DNA from: Lama guanicoe
Taxonomy: Eukaryota
Length of the DNA stretch: 64,000 nucleotides
Direction: 5' to 3'
NCBI GenBank assembly: GCA_013239625.1
Contig: MU054323.1
Coordinates: 8,793,220-8,857,219, forward strand
Shown here: positions 41,201 through 54,219 of the stretch, in pieces
Numbering within the stretch: position 1 is the stretch's first letter
How the letters are laid out: each line of letters opens with the position of its first letter
The notes under the pieces: model-generated
Told to the model about the DNA's origin: nothing
Databases searched by the model: none
The model's input: only the letters and a program-made list of their open reading frames with translations
Program-made: the position numbers and the translations under genes

Positions 41201-43528
41201 TCAACTGAATCATTAGTATCAAGCAAATAAGGTCAATAAAATTAATAAATTGGTGGAATTAAAGCCCTAAAGGTTAAGAGGAACAGGAGTACATTTTCTG
41301 AAAAGATAAGATTCACTCAAGAGCTAGAAGTCAGTTATTTTCTTGCCATAGGAAATAAACTGTTATACTTTAGGGAGAAAGGAAACAAAGCCAGAAGGAA
41401 AAGTATTTGCGCAGCAGAACAGGATCCCAAACAAGACTTCAAGAGGATTTGATTAGGTACATTTAACTATTCAAACAAAAGTAAATTCAGAGTCCACATA
41501 AGATTTTAAAACCCTAAGTGGTTATCTCTCAGGAGAAAGATAAGGATCTAAGAAATAGCCTAACAAGAGCTGTACAAACCAAACAGCCCTTGATGAAAAC
41601 AATCATGTTCTAATTACCAGAGGAAAAACCAAAAATAAAGAGAAGTGTCCTGCAGACAAGAAGCAAACAGCACAGAATCACTGAGCAAACGACGACTTGA
41701 AAAACTGAATATCCAGGCAACTCAATTCATAAAGAAAACTAGAAAGATTACCAAAGAAATGGGGGAATAAAATAGAAAAACCACAGCAGAGGAAAGTGGA
41801 AAACATGGAATGAGAAACCTAAAGGAAAAGCCTTACTGTGAGATGAGACAGTCACCTCAAATCTTACAACATTAACAGAAAATGCCATAGAAATGGAATC
41901 TCTAAATTACCAAAAAAACCAAACCCCAGCCTTACATTATGGCATTCCTTAGGAAGCTATATCCAGATATTCCTCCCAGTCAGACATCACATTTACCAAG
42001 CACCCAGTAAGCTCTATACTGGACACCACAGTGAAATATGGATGCTTCACCTCAGGTTGACACAGATGAGAAGAGTGTCCAACATGTGTCTTGAACAATT
42101 TTCATCCTACAGATTCTTTCCAAGTCACAAGTATCCTAACCCCTCCAGGCCTCAATTTCTGAGATGTAAAACTTGGGAGCCAAACTTGGGTGAGATGAAC
42201 TATAGGATCTTCTCCATTCTTGAAATTTTACATCTAATGATAAAAGTCTGCTGTGGGTATGAAATCTGAGTCTGAGGACAAACCATTTAAGTTTATACTG
42301 TCATTCCAGAGCTAACCACACGGAGGAGTGAGGGATTTGGAGAAATTCTCAAGGGAGATAGTATTTGGCTGTTACCTGAAGCCCACCTAGTAAGTGAATA
42401 AACCCTCAATCCCAGCCATAATTAGAGCATTTCCCTGGTTCCTCTGCCTAGATCTCACAATACTCTTCACAAAAACACGCCTTACATATGTCTTTCTCCC
42501 TTTCCTTCCCATCATAGTTTTCTCTGTTCTCCTTTGTAGTTTCACATCCGTTTGCCCAATACTATTCCTTTTCATCCAGAATTTTTCCATTTTCCCTTTA
42601 TACATAGTGAATTTTACTATAAAAGAAAAATCAGTTCTCTGTACGTTAAGATCCCCCAAAAAAGTGGATAAATGACTGAAAATCAAGAAAACTATAAACT
42701 ACAACAAGCACAGGCAAATGACAATTACTAAGTTTTAGAGAAATCCCGAGTGGGAAAAAAATCAAAATAAAGATGTAATTATAATAATTGACACAATTCG
42801 TATTTTCCAAAGGCCGTAAAAAGGCCCTGAGAGAATACAAACTAGTGACAATTCTTGGAGGTCATGTCAAACCTCTGAAATTAACATGCAGTGCCCACGG
42901 CCAGGCAACTAGGTATTAACAATCTGTATGTCCGGGCTTCCTTTCACTGTCAAACTCCTTGCCCAGAGACCTCGCACATCATATATTAAAAAAAAAAAGT
43001 ACAGTCATTCACACCTATTCGTCTCTTTCTAGCCAAATAACTGGGTAAACAGTCCCTCTTTTCATACTCCCACACTAAACCTCACACCGTTTATGAGCCT
43101 GGAGGGCTGGGATGGTACAAGAGAATGGCGCGAAGGCACGGGGAGGTCGGTCAGTGGGCGGAAGGTGCCTCTCCCCACATGGCCCAGCCCTCCCCGCCAA
43201 GCTGGCCACTGGCACACGGTCCCCTAGCACCGGCAGCTCCCTCTCCCCCCGCCCCACGCCCCGCTCTCGCTGTCGTCTTTCAAACTGTCGTTGCGGCCGC
43301 AGGCTCTCGATTCGGACCCTTCCCCGGGGATGACCCCATCCCCCCGCTCCCTTTCTCCGTCGGGTTCCCGCCCTGCAGCGGCCACCCTAAGGGCCGCTCC
43401 CGCCTCACCTCCATGGAAACGCGCCAGCCTTGCATGGCGGAGAAGCCGTAGGGCAGCGGCAGGCGCGAGGCGCCGACCCCATCCCCGGAGCACTTCACCG
43501 TGTTGGGCTGGGAGAGGTAGGCACCCAT
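26286..43528 (-). CDS. PPM1G: Protein phosphatase Mg2+/Mn2+-dependent 1G (PP2C gamma), 10 exons, 545 aa
   Basis: Exons (-): 43528-43409, 31262-31193, 30720-30635, 30296-30164, 29419-29004, 28428-28291, 27944-27710, 27346-27217, 26916-26814, 26492-26286; sum 1638 nt. PP2C motifs [56 protein letters not shown]; acidic insert; C-terminal KKKAKRD*. Confidence 0.97.
30040..30107 (+). mobile_element. Short poly(A)-tailed retroposed insert with 16-nt TSD in PPM1G intron 4
   Basis: aaagaatagttcttta at 30024-30039 and 30108-30123; internal AATAAA at 30081 and A-tail from 30096. Confidence 0.8.
32544..32890 (+). mobile_element. L1 3' fragment with composite tail, TSD-flanked
   Basis: L1 3' UTR 32544-32766; TSD aagctacctttg (32532-32543) / aagctatctttg (32896-32907); TT|AAAA site at 32525. 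Confidence 0.8.
32843..32879 (+). pseudogene. tRNA-Arg(TCT) 5'-half retro-fragment
   Basis: ggctccatagcacaatggatagcacattggaattctt matches the recalled GGCTCCGTGGCGCAATGGATAGCGCATTGGACTTCTA at 31/37; three mismatches are CpG->CpA. Ends at the anticodon loop, then poly(A). Confidence 0.75.
37370..37610 (+). mobile_element. MLT1A-like ERVL-MaLR LTR fragment
   Basis: tgtgtccacctaaaactcatgttgaaacttaatcccc...gtatttggaggtggggcctttgggaggtaattaggtcatgaggg. Confidence 0.75.
37625..39790 (+). mobile_element. Old L1 (L1MB/L1M-like) ORF2 and 3' UTR fragments
   Basis: ctcattctatgaggccagtattacc, aaattaactcaaaatgga, tgacccagcaattctactc, caacatggatgaacctt; frames broken. Confidence 0.8.
37734..37957 (+). 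mobile_element. Young lineage-specific L1 3' end nested in older L1
   Basis: Perfect 17-nt TSD agatgaatgggtaaaca (37717-37733, 37958-37974); close match to the reverse complement of 52799-53020. Confidence 0.85.
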
Positions 43529-44090
43529 GGCGGCGGCTGGCCGGTAGCCTCAGGGGCAGGTGAGCGAGGCGCGACCCGTGCCGGCGCCGGAGCCAGAGCC
43601 CCGGGGGCGCGCGTGGCAGGAGCGGGCCGGGCTGCGCGGCCGACGCAAGGTGCCGGTGCAAGGCGCGAGGCGGGCCAGGAGGCGGTAACGGGACGGGAGC
43701 AGAGCGAGCGGAAGCGGAAACGGCGCCGCTTCAGACCCCGCCCGGCCGGCGCGGCGCGGCGCCGCGCAGCGCTGTAGTCAGTCATTTCCTTAGCAACTCG
43801 CCCCGCCTGCGGGGACAACGGCCCGCCCAACCGTCGCTCCCGCGAGATTGGCGCGGTCACGCCCACCAACGGCCGCGGCCGGCTCCCGGCGGCCCAGCAA
43901 GTTTCTTGTACCTTGTACCTCTGTTCAGCTGTCCCTCGCCTCCGCTCCGCTACCCCGGCCTCTCGCGTTTTGTCTGAAGCTCTTTTGTGTGGGACCTGGC
44001 GCTTCCGGTCTATCCTCCAGCGTGTCAGCTCCCTCTCACCACCGCGCCTTCAGATACCGCAAACCCCGCCCGATACGGTTCAGTTAAAGT
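43529..44090. promoter_or_regulatory. PPM1G: PPM1G CpG-island promoter / 5' UTR
   Basis: CpG-rich; ETS-like gcggaagcggaaa (~43707-43720), GC boxes, BANP-like tcccgcgaga (43838-43847), inverted CCAAT (43847-43851). Confidence 0.8.
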
Positions 44091-47000
44091 TGACTAATAT
44101 TTGTTCTGAGCTGATGAAGTACCTGGCCAGGCCTTGTGAGGCCTGTGCGAGTAGGATGTGAGAGTGTTTTTGACAGAAGTAAATGAAGACCTTGATCTGT
44201 GACCCACTCAGAGAAGAAATCAAAAGAGAGTAGGAGAGCTGTGGCTTGACGTCCTCAGGATCCCCCAGGCATGCGTTTTGCCAGGGGAAGAAGGAAATAA
44301 TGTTAACAAGGTTGCAGTTGCGGGAATGAAAGCAAACTGCATTTGGGAGGGTTTTTGAGGAAGCTGCTGGCCTCGTTGGAAAGTGATAATATAAGTGGTA
44401 ATGTTAGATAGGATAGAGATGGTCTTAAGAGCCAAAATGGGTAACTTGGACTTCACTGTTATCCTGGTGTAGCATTTTGGGTCGGTTGGTCTAGTCTTTG
44501 TGTGCAGTGTAGATTGGAGAGAAAAAAGTCTGGTTAAAGGGCTCTTCATCTAAGCATTAGATGATAAGGGCTGGGATTAAGGTAGTGGCACTGGGAATAC
44601 AGATAAAGGAACAAATTAGGCAATAAGAAATTGACAGGATTTAGGAATAAATTGGAAAGGAAAGGGAAAATTCTCAAAGGTTAAGCAGATTGATTATTTT
44701 AAAATACAAAACTAATCATGGCTTTCTCTTGCTCTTCAGACAATACAAATTCCTTAACACAGTTTACTAGACCCTTCATGCCTGAACCAGTTCTTGTATG
44801 TCTCTCCCATTTTCTCTCCATTTCTACAACTCGGTGCTTCAGCAATATGTCTTTGGGTTCCTCCAAAGCCATGCTTTCTCTTCCTATGCTTTCACCCATG
44901 GAAAACACCTTCCCACCCAGCTACCTTCATCATTACGTCCTTGAGGAAGTCTTCTCTAATATCCCTACACTGGTTTCGGTCCCCATTTGTTTGTTTCCTG
45001 TTAGACTATAAGCCTTTAGGAAAGTGGAAACTCTGGCAGACTTACCATTGTATACTCCAGCATCCCTAGCACAGTGTTCAATAGCATTTAAATACTTGTT
45101 GAATAAATGTCACCAAAGTTTGACCCAGAATTACAAAAATTGGTGGAGTTGTTAACAGAAAATGGTGTATTGGAGGGGGTAGGGGCAAGGTACGTGCTAC
45201 TTTTGGGAGGAAATGATAGGTTGGGTTAAGGTGACAACTAGGTATACAAACATTGAAAATATTGACCCTAAATTAGACTATAAGGGTAGAAGATGGTAAT
45301 TAAGCCTGTTGGTCATCATGAACCTGGATCCCATCTCTGACCAAGACAGTGTAAAGAGAGCATGAAATTACTCAGCCCTCACCCCTTTATTCCTCTAAGA
45401 ATGGAACGTGACATTGTTAAAAAAAAAAAAAAGCACGAGTTTTGATATATATTACCTATGTGGTTTTTTCACAAGTTACTTATTCTCTCTCAGACTCAAT
45501 TTAACAGTTCCTCATCTATAAAGCAGACATACAGCATCTTCTTTTCCAGATTGCTGTAAGGCTAAGGGGAGCTGAGTATAAAATGCCAAGCTTGCATAAA
45601 TGTTGTATTATTACTCAAACAAAAGTCTACTATTTATTAAATATACATATATACAAGGTCAATATGGAATGAAAATAACATTATATTATGTTCACAAAAA
45701 AAAAAAAGAGAGAGAGAGAGAGATGGCCTGAAACAAAGTGGGAGAAAACTTGAGGAAAAAAAGTGGGAAAGAAAATATGATTCAAGGAAAAAGTAAGGCA
45801 CTGGGAGGGCAGTGGTGTCTCAGGAAAAATGAAGATATTAAGGGATCTTAAGAAAAGAGGTGGGAAAGAGGCAAAGAATATGAAGATTATCCTCTCCTTA
45901 CTCCATTTCTATTTTCCCCAAAACCACTGTGTTACACTTATGAGTATGCTGTTTTCATGCTTTGATAGCAAAAAAAAAAATTAAGTAAAAATACTCTAAA
46001 ACATTGTATTCACAGAATGACTTTCCTGAGTCTGTCTTGAGCTTCAGAAATCTGACCAATCAAACATGGTAGCAGAAGCAGCTTCTGAATATGTACTTTA
46101 GCTGGCCTAAATGAATAAAGGGTCTCTAGAATATATAGCAAGTTCCTCAACAACAAGGGATAAAGGCATGGAACTGGTTTGTTGTGCATAGAAAACAACT
46201 AATTCTCAGCATTTGGTAAGTCCTATACATATTCACAATTATATCCCAGTATTACTGTTGCCTTCTTTCAAAAAATAATAGATTTTTATAATTAAAGTTA
46301 GATTACTTACATTTTCTTGTCCCTCAAATTAATCAAACATTGAAAATAACAAATACTTGTCATTTTTTAAAACCCTTTTTGTCTGTTTCTATTAGCCCCT
46401 CTTGAATTTCTTTCCAGTTACCTCTCATAAGAGAAAGAAGAAAACAGGTGGTTTAAACTACTATTTTTCAAGCATGAGTAATTTTGTATCACTGAGACAT
46501 ACCTGCAGATCCCAAGGGATTTAAGGGACACCCCGCTCCCCCCACCCAGGCTGGGCAACATTGCTTTAAGTTAAATGCTAACTTCGTAATAGTATGTGAC
46601 ACCAGTTAAATTGTAAACTTAAACATAACCTCTAGATCAACCCAAAATGTAAAATGATAATCCAGATGATCCAGAAGATGCTGACATGCTTATATCATAA
46701 AACTTAAAGCACAAAGTTTCTCATAGAAGTCTCAGAGTGCCTTGAGAATTCAAAACTCCCAGAGGGTAACAGACCATAGATTGAGAAACCTAACCTACAT
46801 GTGGAAGATGTTAAGTGAGGAGAGAATGAGAGAAGGGTAATAAGTTGAAACCTAAGTCCTTCCAGGCTTTTCCTAGGGTTCCTAAATCTGTTTTTTTCAT
46901 ATATTTCCTTTATATCCAATTTCTAATGACATTATACTATTCCTAAAAGATTGCCTTTGGAAGCTCAGTATTTTTATGCTTTATTCCCTTCCTGTGTGTG

Positions 47001-47479
47001 ATTAAAGATGACAGATTGGCCCAGGGAGGGGGTAAAAAAGAGTGGAGGCAAAATTTAGGGCTAAGAAAGAAGGAATACAGATACTTTAAAGTTACTAGAA
47101 AAGAGAAGGAGTCTATTTCTGAGGTTCTGGTCCAGTCTATACTCCTTGTTATACTCATAACATAAAGTCAGAGAAGTGTTATATTTTACAGTTGCAGCTT
47201 TATATTTCTAGAAGGCAAGATGCAAATTCATTTTGAAGCAGTCTACCTTTACTTAGGGAAGTCACTAGAATGGGCCCCCAACATATACATAAAGCAAATA
47301 CCCATGTTTATCCTAAAGAAAATCATGAAATGACCATTAACCAAAATTCAGACATTTCATATGGAGCTTCTGGGGTTAATGTATTTACTAGTATTATAAA
47401 CTGTGTCTTTGACAGGATTGTGACCTTGCAGGGAGAGAGATCTGTTTTTCCCCCTAAATAAGAATATAGACTGGAATGT

Positions 47480-49440
47480 TTCTTCAAATATTTTGTTGTT
47501 GTTAGGAGACCTACGTATATCTTTATCCAAGTGTTTGCTCACAGGTGATCACAAAACTGGAGCCTCCCTGAGGAATGTGCCAATCTTATCTCCACACCTC
47601 ACACAGGAGGACAGACTGATCTGAACAGCTGGTGTCTCACAAAGTGGTGTTACATAGAGCCAAATTATCTGAAGCCCAGAAAGTGCCCATGATTTCTGGG
47701 ATTGCAGCAACCAGGCCAAGGTGGAGGTGTTTTTCCCTCTCAGGAAAATGATAGTCCTTCATTTAGTTGCTCTAGAATGAAAATAAGCAGGCTTTGAACT
47801 GGAAAAAGATTCTCTTTGGACTCATGCCTGTTGCTGGCATTAAGACTTCAAGATGTGGCACACGCTGGAGTTTCCTGTGGAGATAGTGGGTAGGCTGAGC
47901 TGGCTCTGCCTTACTGGGAATCTGAAGAATAGCCACTTCTAGTGGCAGTTATGGGCTACTCTCTGTAATGTGTCTGCCTCTGTTTTGTTAAATAGCCTGG
48001 ACTGAGCTATGCTTTGGGGGATCAAGTGAGGAGAACTATGTCCCCTGGGACGGGCCATGTGGAGAGCCTAAACGAGGTGCAAGCAAAGTTCAAGAGCTGC
48101 AGCGGTTTGGAGCAGGGATAGCTGGCAAAAGCGATAGTAATTTCTAGGGAGGATCTGTGGCACACTGACCCATTCTTAGGGATTCCTCAAAATACTTTAA
48201 TAAGAGAACTCCTTTGCTCTCCTGGCTCCTGAGAATTGACATATTGGCCCAAGAAAACCAGAGTATTGCTTAGAAAAATCCTGCCGCTTCTTGTAGTCAC
48301 CACAAGAGCAAAAGTTCTTAACTGAGGCTCACATTCGGAGTAATGAATGGCCTCACATTTGTAATCTCTTGGCTCTATGATTTCCCTAGGGACTAAAGAA
48401 CTAACAGCAGTAATAGGAAACCTGCTAGCTGGGATCTTGCTACCCTGTCCACCAAAATGGCTCGCTCATTGGTTCTTTCCTCTCAAATGGTTCTTTCCTC
48501 AATCTTGATAGTTTTATGATGATTATGTTTAGCTTAGTACACAGCCAAGATCTTAAGAGGATCCTTCTGCAGAGCTTCATAGTTCTCTGTGTGTATCTCC
48601 ATTCTTTCTGGCACTTTGCCCTGAAAATGTTGGCCACCTTGGCCTCCCTGAACTCCATCTTCTCAATGCAATGAGACTGTCAGGCTCTATTTGTATTTCC
48701 TCTCTCTACAAAGTGGCCTGAAAACTCTTTCTCAGCTATAAGCTGGGGTACTCATAGAATTCACTTCATTTGTTTTCCTTCTCTCAGGGATCACTATCCT
48801 GTGCTGCTTGTTGTCCAATATTTAATAACTATTGCTTCATACATTTTGTCCAGTTTTCTAGATGATTAAGGCAGGAGGGTGAAAGTGGTCCTTTTGCACC
48901 ATCATGGCCAGAAGTGGAAGTTTTCCCAAGCAATTTTATAAATTGTTATTTATAAATATGTTTTTTCAGTGAGACTGTATGGGTAATTTTTTTTAAGTCC
49001 TTAATTGTTTCTGGTATATCAAAATGTATTTTGCCTTCACTCTTTAATGATATTCTGACTGGGGATAAAATTCTAGGTTTACAGGGAAGTCTTTTATTAT
49101 TCTTACTGTTATTTTGTAGGTAATCTGTTTTTTCCTCTCATCACTGGTAGCTTTTACAATTTTCTCTTTAATGTGTAAATATCCCTATAATGCGCCTCAG
49201 CATGTGTTTATTTTATTAGCACTAAAAACTTATTTTTAAAATTTGAGGACTTATGTCTTTCAATAATATTTAAAAATTCTTATCTCATGTTTTCAAAGGC
49301 CGTTTCACCATCATTCTGTTTATTTCCTTCTAGAACTTTCATTATACGTGCTGGGTCTCTCCATCTATCCTGTCTCTTAACTATCTGCTTGTATCTTTGT
49401 GCTGCACTTTGGGTGAATTAATTTATTCTCTCTTCAATTA
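47480..49440 (-). mobile_element. Degraded ancient L1 (5'/ORF1-like, minus strand)
   Basis: tttccttctctcagggatcactatcctgtgctgcttgttgtccaata, ataaaattctaggtt and ccttctagaactttcattatacg are typical of antisense old L1M. Confidence 0.5.
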
Positions 49441-49462
49441 TACCCAGTTTAGAGCTCTTACT

Positions 49463-49853
49463 TTTTCTTTAACTGCACATATTTTTAAAAATTTACATAT
49501 ATGTACTGTTCATTGTTTCTAAGAAGAGTTTAGAGCTCTAGCTTTTTAAACCTACATAGTTATCAAAGGAATAAAGCCAACCACAAAATAAGAATCAACA
49601 GAATGCAGTAATCCAATCATAAATGGTAGTCAAATGTGCTTACACATATTCAAGAAATCAGTCATCTAAGTTGTAAACAATAAATAGTTCATTTGTGTCC
49701 TTTTTTTTTTTTTAGATTCCAGATATAAGTGATATCATATGGCATTTTTCTTTCTCTTTCTGGCCCACTTCACTTAGAACGACGATCTCCAGGTCCATCT
49801 ATGTTGCTGCAAATGGCATTATTTTATTCTTCTTTATGGCTAAGTAGTATTCC
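49463..49853 (-). mobile_element. TSD-flanked chimeric retroposed insert (L1 fragment + non-L1 sequence)
   Basis: 12-nt TSD agagctcttact (49451-49462, 49854-49865); L1 ORF2-end/3'UTR piece at ~49682-49853. Confidence 0.65.
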
Positions 49854-50048
49854 AGAGCTCTTACTAACTTTTAATTTTCACTGTTTTGTTTCTCTTAGTC
49901 ACAAGCAAATCAGCCAAGGAGTTCTTTTTCTTGTTCTTGGAGAGGGTTTTGTCACTTTCTTCCCAAGCTTCCTCCAATAATAAACAAGTGTCCTTATCAG
50001 ATTCTCTCTCTAATTTTGTCATTTACTCTCTTAAGAATATTTTTCCTA

Positions 50049-50368
50049 AAATAATATTAATAATTTTATTTACAAACCAGAAATAGGCTAATAGACTCAC
50101 AGATATAGAAAACAAACTGTGGTTACCGAGGGGAGGGGGGAAGAGTGGGAGGAGGGATAGATTAGGAGTTTGGAGTTATTACATACACATGACTCTATAT
50201 AAAATTAGTAAACAAACAAGACCTACTGTATAACACAGGGAACTATATTCAATTTCTTGTTGTGAGCTGTAATGGAAAAGAATATATATATATTGAATCA
50301 CTTTGCTGTACACCTGAAACTAACATTGTAAATCAACTACACATCAATAAAAAATAAGAATTAAAAAA
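50049..50368 (+). mobile_element. L1 3' UTR fragment with TSD
   Basis: 16-nt TSD aagaatatttttccta (50033-50048, 50369-50384); agactcacagatatagaaaacaaac...aatcactttgctgtacacctgaaac...aataaa. Confidence 0.85.
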
Positions 50369-50693
50369 AAGAATATTTTTCCTAGGGAGTCTCTTCTCTC
50401 TTGATGTAGGAAACTTTGTGAAAACAAAGATTAAATTTGAAAATGAAAAGCCAGAGGTGAGGTGGAAATGTTGGAAATCTTCAACTCTTATTGCTTAAAA
50501 ACTGAGGTGTAAGTCACAAAAGTTGGAGTGGAAAATCATAAATTTTATGGTCCAATTCCCTATCTTCTGAGACTGGGAAGTCAGTAAAAATGGACAGTTC
50601 AGTCTTCTCTGGACTGTTCTTCCATGCCTTAACATTTCTATTCATCCTTTAAAACCCAGATGGGGCAGACATCAATCTTGTTTTAATACTTTA

Positions 50694-51160
50694 TGTATTA
50701 ATTTCCTATCACTGCTAAAACAAATTACCACAAACTTTGTGGCTTAAAACCACACAGATTTATTCTCTTACAGTTCTGGAGGCCACATGTCTGAAATTGG
50801 TTTCACTGGTTTAAAGTTAAGGTATCAGCAGTCCAGGTTCCTTCTAGGGGCTCTAGGGAAGAATCCATTTCCTTGCCTTTTCTAGCTTCTAGAGGCTGCC
50901 TGCATTCCTTGGCATAACTACAACCTCTTGCTTCTGTGGTTACATTTCTTTCTCTTCTGTAGTCAAATTTCCCTCTGCCTCACTCTTTTATGGGCACTTG
51001 TGATTACACTTAGGGCCTGTCCTGATAATCCAGGATAATCTCTCCATCTCAAAATGTTTAATCACATCTGTAAAATCTCTTTTGCCATATGAGATAACAT
51101 TCACAGATTCCAGGGATCTGGATGTGGGTATCTTTGGAGGCTGTTTTTCAGCGTACCACA
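50694..51160 (-). mobile_element. MLT1 (ERVL-MaLR) solo LTR
   Basis: tgtattaatttcct...aacaaattaccacaaact...ggcttaaaac...tctcttacagttctggagg...ataatccaggataatctc...accaca. Confidence 0.8.
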
Positions 51161-51772
51161 GCTTCCCCTGTATTTTTCCTTTATGAAGTCAGTCAGGTCC
51201 TTCTCTATTCAGCCTATGGAACTTTATACATACTTCTGTTGTATTTGTTAGATATTTTCACTTTTTTATTTACACAGATATCTTCTCAAGTAAGAATTCT
51301 TTAAGGACAGGAACTTTATCTTATATATTTGTCTACCAGCATGGCACCCAGGACGTGCTCTTACAAGCCAATAAATATTTGTTTAATTAATTTTACTCTT
51401 TGATTCCAGCCTGGCTGTGAGCTATGAAATAATGAAGTGTTAGACTACTAGTCCTAAAAGGAATATTCAAAGGCTTTTCCTCAAATTCAGAATCTGTTTT
51501 TTTAGGAAATAATTTTAGATTTAGGAAAGTTGCCACAACAGAAATAAATTAAGTATATGAAAACAAGCAAAAGGTTTACATTAGGGGTTTCAACCCAGAA
51601 AAAGCTGTGGAATGACCTGATAGTTATTTTAAACTCACAACATCCCTATGAGATAAAACAGTATTACCTTTATGCCAAAAAAAAAACCACAGAGCAAAGT
51701 AAATATCAAATGAATTTGATTTGAACGTAGTGAATACAATTGTGGAAATCAAGTAATTTCAGATGAATTCTT

Positions 51773-51906
51773 TTGTTTGTTTGTGGTTTGGGTGGGGCAG
51801 GTAATTAGGTTTATTTATTTACTTATTTAATGGAGGGACTAGGGATTGAACCCAGGACCTTATGCATGCTAGGCATCCACTCTACCACTGAGCTATACCC
51901 TCCCCC
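51773..51906 (-). mobile_element. tRNA-derived SINE (camelid-type)
   Basis: Reverse complement ggggagggtatagctcagtggtagag...ggtcctgggttcaatccc; TSD tcagatgaattctt / tcagatgaagtctt (51759, 51907). Confidence 0.85.
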
Positions 51907-52798
51907 TCAGATGAAGTCTTAATTTAGATGAGCTATATTTTTATTCCCCAATGCCCCTATTTATCTATTATGTTTATCTTAGAAGTTGACTCAATGTCTT
52001 ATGACATAGAGGTATAGAGCTAAATCATGTTCCCATTTCATAACTTAAATAATGAAGCTCAGAGGTATAAGTTATGAGGCAATGCCCAGAGACAGGGATA
52101 AGTATGAGCTAGGATGATGGTTACCACCTTTCAGCCTAATGACAGGCCAGGCTACCTGCATCAGAATCACCTGGGAAGATTCTAAGTGTACAGATACTTA
52201 AGTCCTCCTGGTCTCTAAGGTTCATGTTCCATTAATCAGGTAGAGTCCTGGGAATGTGTCTGTTTTAAAGCACTTCAGACAATTTACAATTATCAAGAAA
52301 TCTAGAGTTCTGTTAGTTAGAGGTCCTACAGAAAGGTAAATGCCAAGCTTGAAGCAAAGAAACATTTTTGTTCCTTTGATTATGTATTCATTCTGAAAGA
52401 GATTCTTTTTGAAGAATCCACATCACATTCCTAGAAGAATGATCAGATTGGAGGCGTGACTAGTGAGTCTCACATTGAGGAAGAAAAGTGTTTTGTCTTG
52501 TCTTTTTCTTTTTGAGGAAGAAAAGCTTTGAGCAGAAATCCAATAGAGTTTCTAATTGCCCTAGTCTATGGAAACCAAGATCTGAAAAGATTCTGGACAG
52601 CTTTACTGAGGTATGATTTTCACATCATAAGACTCACTCACTGTTAATTCAATGATTTTTAGTAAATTTATAGAGTTATGCAACCAGCATGTCACAATCC
52701 AAGCTATAGTCCACTTGGGAGATGAGGTCAGCCGGTCACTTGGGAAACTAAGAATTAGCCATATAGGTTTGGGGTGTCTCAAGGCATTGCCTTTCTTT

Positions 52799-53240
52799 TT
52801 TTTTTTAACATTTGTATTGATTTATAATCATTTTACAATGTTGTGTCAAGTTCCAGTGTTCAGCACAATTTTTCAGTCATTCATGGACATACACACACTC
52901 ATTGTCACATTTTTTTCTCTGTGATTTATCATAACATTTTGTGTATATTTCCCTGTGCTATACAGTGTAATCTTGTTTATCTATTCTACAATTTTGAAAT
53001 CCCAGTCTATCCCTTCCCACCCTCTACCCCCCTGGTAACCACAAGTCTGTATTCTCTGTCCATGAGTCTATTCCTGTCCTGTATTTATGCTTTGTTTTTG
53101 TTTGTTTGTTTTTGTTTTTGTTTTTTAGATTCCACATATGAGCGATCTCATATGGTATTTTTCTTTCTCTTTCTGGCTTACTTCACTTAGAATGACTTTC
53201 TCTAGGAGCATCCATGTTGCTGCAAATGGCATTATGTTGT
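52799..53240 (-). mobile_element. Young lineage-specific L1 3' fragment
   Basis: Poly(T) start; perfect 14-nt TSD cattgcctttcttt (52785-52798, 53241-53254); same subfamily as 37734-37957. Confidence 0.85.
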
Positions 53241-53739
53241 CATTGCCTTTCTTTATTCTGTATTATTTAATAAACTGTTTCTTTGTTAAATGTTGTTTCT
53301 TTTTTGAATAAAAAACATGTACACGTGGCACCAAGTTCAAAGGCATAAATGTGTATAAAATAATTCTCCCTTCCACCCTGTCACCCAGACATCTGGCTTC
53401 TATTTCCAATAAATTAGTTCTTAAGGTAGATTACTAATCTGAAATGGAAATCTTTAGGCAAATTAAGTTTGAAATGACAGCATAGCATCCAATATTATCT
53501 TGGAGCTTGGGTAAGAAGTGCTAGAGATAATATAACTATCATTCTGGTGATATACTGGAAGCTCATCAATGGACGTATTTTCTAAAGGATGGTGTAGAGA
53601 GAACAAAGACTATAATTTTGGGCATATTGACAGGCACATTAATAGGAGGGAAGAACAAAAAGTAAAGATAAAGGAGAAAAAATAGGGTAAGAAGTTGAGA
53701 GAAAAAGGAAATAAACTTGTATTATGAAAAGTAAGAGTG

Positions 53740-53910
53740 AGGGAGGATATAGCTCAATGGTAGAGCACATGCTTAGCATGCACAAGGTCCTGGGTTCAAT
53801 CCCCAGTATCTCCATTAAATAAAGAAATACACACACACACACACACAAACCTGCTTATCCTCTCCCCCCAAAAAGACTGATTTAAAAAAATAAATAAAAG
53901 TTTTAAAAAA
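53740..53910 (+). mobile_element. tRNA-derived SINE (camelid-type) with (CA)n in tail
   Basis: gggaggatatagctcaatggtagagcacatgcttagcatgcacaaggtcctgggttcaatcccc; (CA)n at ~53829-53846. Confidence 0.85.
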
Positions 53911-54219
53911 AGTTAAGAGAGGAGTTTAAATAACATGCTGTTCAGTGGTTCCAAATTTTAAAGAGGTCATGCAGAATAGGGAATAAGAAAAGGCTTGCAG
54001 AATAGAGGATTACAATAAACTGAGAGTGAAGTTTTGGTAGAGATAGAGAAAAGATTGGATTCACATTGTAGGATATTGGGAAGACAATAGGATTTTCCTA
54101 ATATACAAATAGCTCTTACAAGCCAATAAGAAAAAAATGATTATTCCAGTAAATAACATAAGTAAAGAACATGTACAGGCAAGAAACTGAAAAGGAAATG
54201 CAATTGGGTAATAAACATA

